Shown here one piece after another: positions 25,533 to 26,360 of a DNA stretch of 26,360 bases. A program made the translations under genes and the position numbers. Positions within the stretch are counted from its first letter, which is position 1; every line of letters begins with the position of its first letter. This DNA is from a virus. Lineage: Duplodnaviria; Caudoviricetes. The DNA lies in IMG/VR virus record IMGVR_UViG_3300048599_000722, positions 1 to 26,360 of that record. One strand, given 5' to 3'. The notes below the pieces were generated by a model that saw only the letters and a list, made by a program, of their open reading frames with translations, was not told the DNA's origin and ran no database searches.

Positions 25533-26360
25533 TTACCTCCTGGCACCCAATGTCTTTCGCAGCACAGGCGGGCGTGATGCTCTGCCCCTGCCCTGCTCGT
25601 ATCGTTCGAGATCCTTGCTGGTGTAGAGCGCCTTAGCGCCGTTCGACCATGACATGACCACTGCATCGCCTTCGTCCGTGGACCGGCCCAGGCGCTTGCA
25701 AACGTCTTCCTTGTTCTCAATCTTGATCGCCATGCCACCCTTGTGGCTGACATGCTCGAATGTCGGTGCGGTCAGGTCCGCCAACAGTCTTTGACCGGGC
25801 GGCAATGCGATAGGCGAACCGCCCGGCTGCTCCGGGTCCAATGCCTCACGAAAGCGCCAGATGATTTCAGAGCGCTTGTTCTTGAAGCCCAATTGCTTGT
25901 CTTTGGTCCGCAGTACGGATTCCGCCGCACCCTTGTGACCTTCGACCTTGACCCCGTTGTCCTTCAGGTGTTCGTAAGTCGAGCCGCCGTAACCACCGCC
26001 CAAGTCAATTGTGACGGGGCATTCGTCCCGACGATGGCTGACCACCAGACCGGCGCAGTGCTTTCCGATCCGGTCCTGCGGAATCTCCGCACCAGGGACA
26101 ACGACCAGTTTGGCAAACCACCCGTCATGACGGGGTGCCATGACGAACGGGTCTTCACCACCGCCCGAACAATCCACCCCGATATTGCACATCGGGATTC
26201 CCTGGGGTGGGTGTGGCGTCCATCTTTCCTGCGCAGCCCTCACCCATGCTGTTGGGATGACTTGATTGGCGGCATCTTTGACGCCGGCCTTGAAGTCGCC
26301 ATAGAGCAATTGGGAACGAAGCGGCTCAGGAAGCGATTGGAGCTGTGCCCGGTATTCCGG
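25533..26360 (-). CDS. terL: Terminase large subunit, C-terminal nuclease part (5' end outside the window)
   Basis: Frame is open to the window edge (PEYRAQLQSLPEPLRSQLLYGDF). RNase H-like motifs IGVDCSGGGED, IDLGGGYG and LGRSTDEGDA. Confidence 0.9.
   Translation of the reverse strand, partial: PEYRAQLQSLPEPLRSQLLYGDFKAGVKDAANQVIPTAWVRAAQERWTPHPPQGIPMCNIGVDCSGGGEDPFVMAPRHDGWFAKLVVVPGAEIPQDRIGKHCAGLVVSHRRDECPVTIDLGGGYGGSTYEHLKDNGVKVEGHKGAAESVLRTKDKQLGFKNKRSEIIWRFREALDPEQPGGSPIALPPGQRLLADLTAPTFEHVSHKGGMAIKIENKEDVCKRLGRSTDEGDAVVMSWSNGAKALYTSKDLERYEQGRGRASRPPVLRKTLGARR

Noticed and set aside
8180-26161. Numerous long plus-strand and alternate-frame ORFs over the structural genes
   Set aside because: Expected shadow ORFs in GC-rich coding DNA. 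Only 21337-21714 has its own SD, signal peptide and non-overlapping space.

Overview
The window is the late (virion and lysis) region of a T7/BPP-1-like short-tailed phage or prophage. It is GC-rich, and its promoter style suggests an alphaproteobacterial host. Almost all genes lie on the minus strand in this order: terminase, portal, scaffold, capsid, tail tubular A/B, internal virion proteins, tail fibre/adhesin, accessory genes, SAR endolysin and spanins. The main result is a self-contained cassette (about 6060-8161) inserted between the internal-virion and tail-fibre genes. It has its own divergent promoters, operator, ribbon-helix-helix repressor and terminator. It encodes an acidic protein, a stand-alone Cas7/RAMP-like protein, a non-coding array of 33 conserved triplets (32 GGY, one GTC) separated by variable dinucleotides, and a partner protein. 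This looks like a non-CRISPR RNA-guided system with a gapped code. Other notable items are two tandem tRNA-like folds with their own promoter antisense to the lysis cassette, a C/CAAC internal-loop RNA motif repeated around the capsid genes, a Rap1a/Tai-like periplasmic moron and a BECR-like domain inside an ejection protein. All family assignments come from motif recognition by eye; no searches were run.
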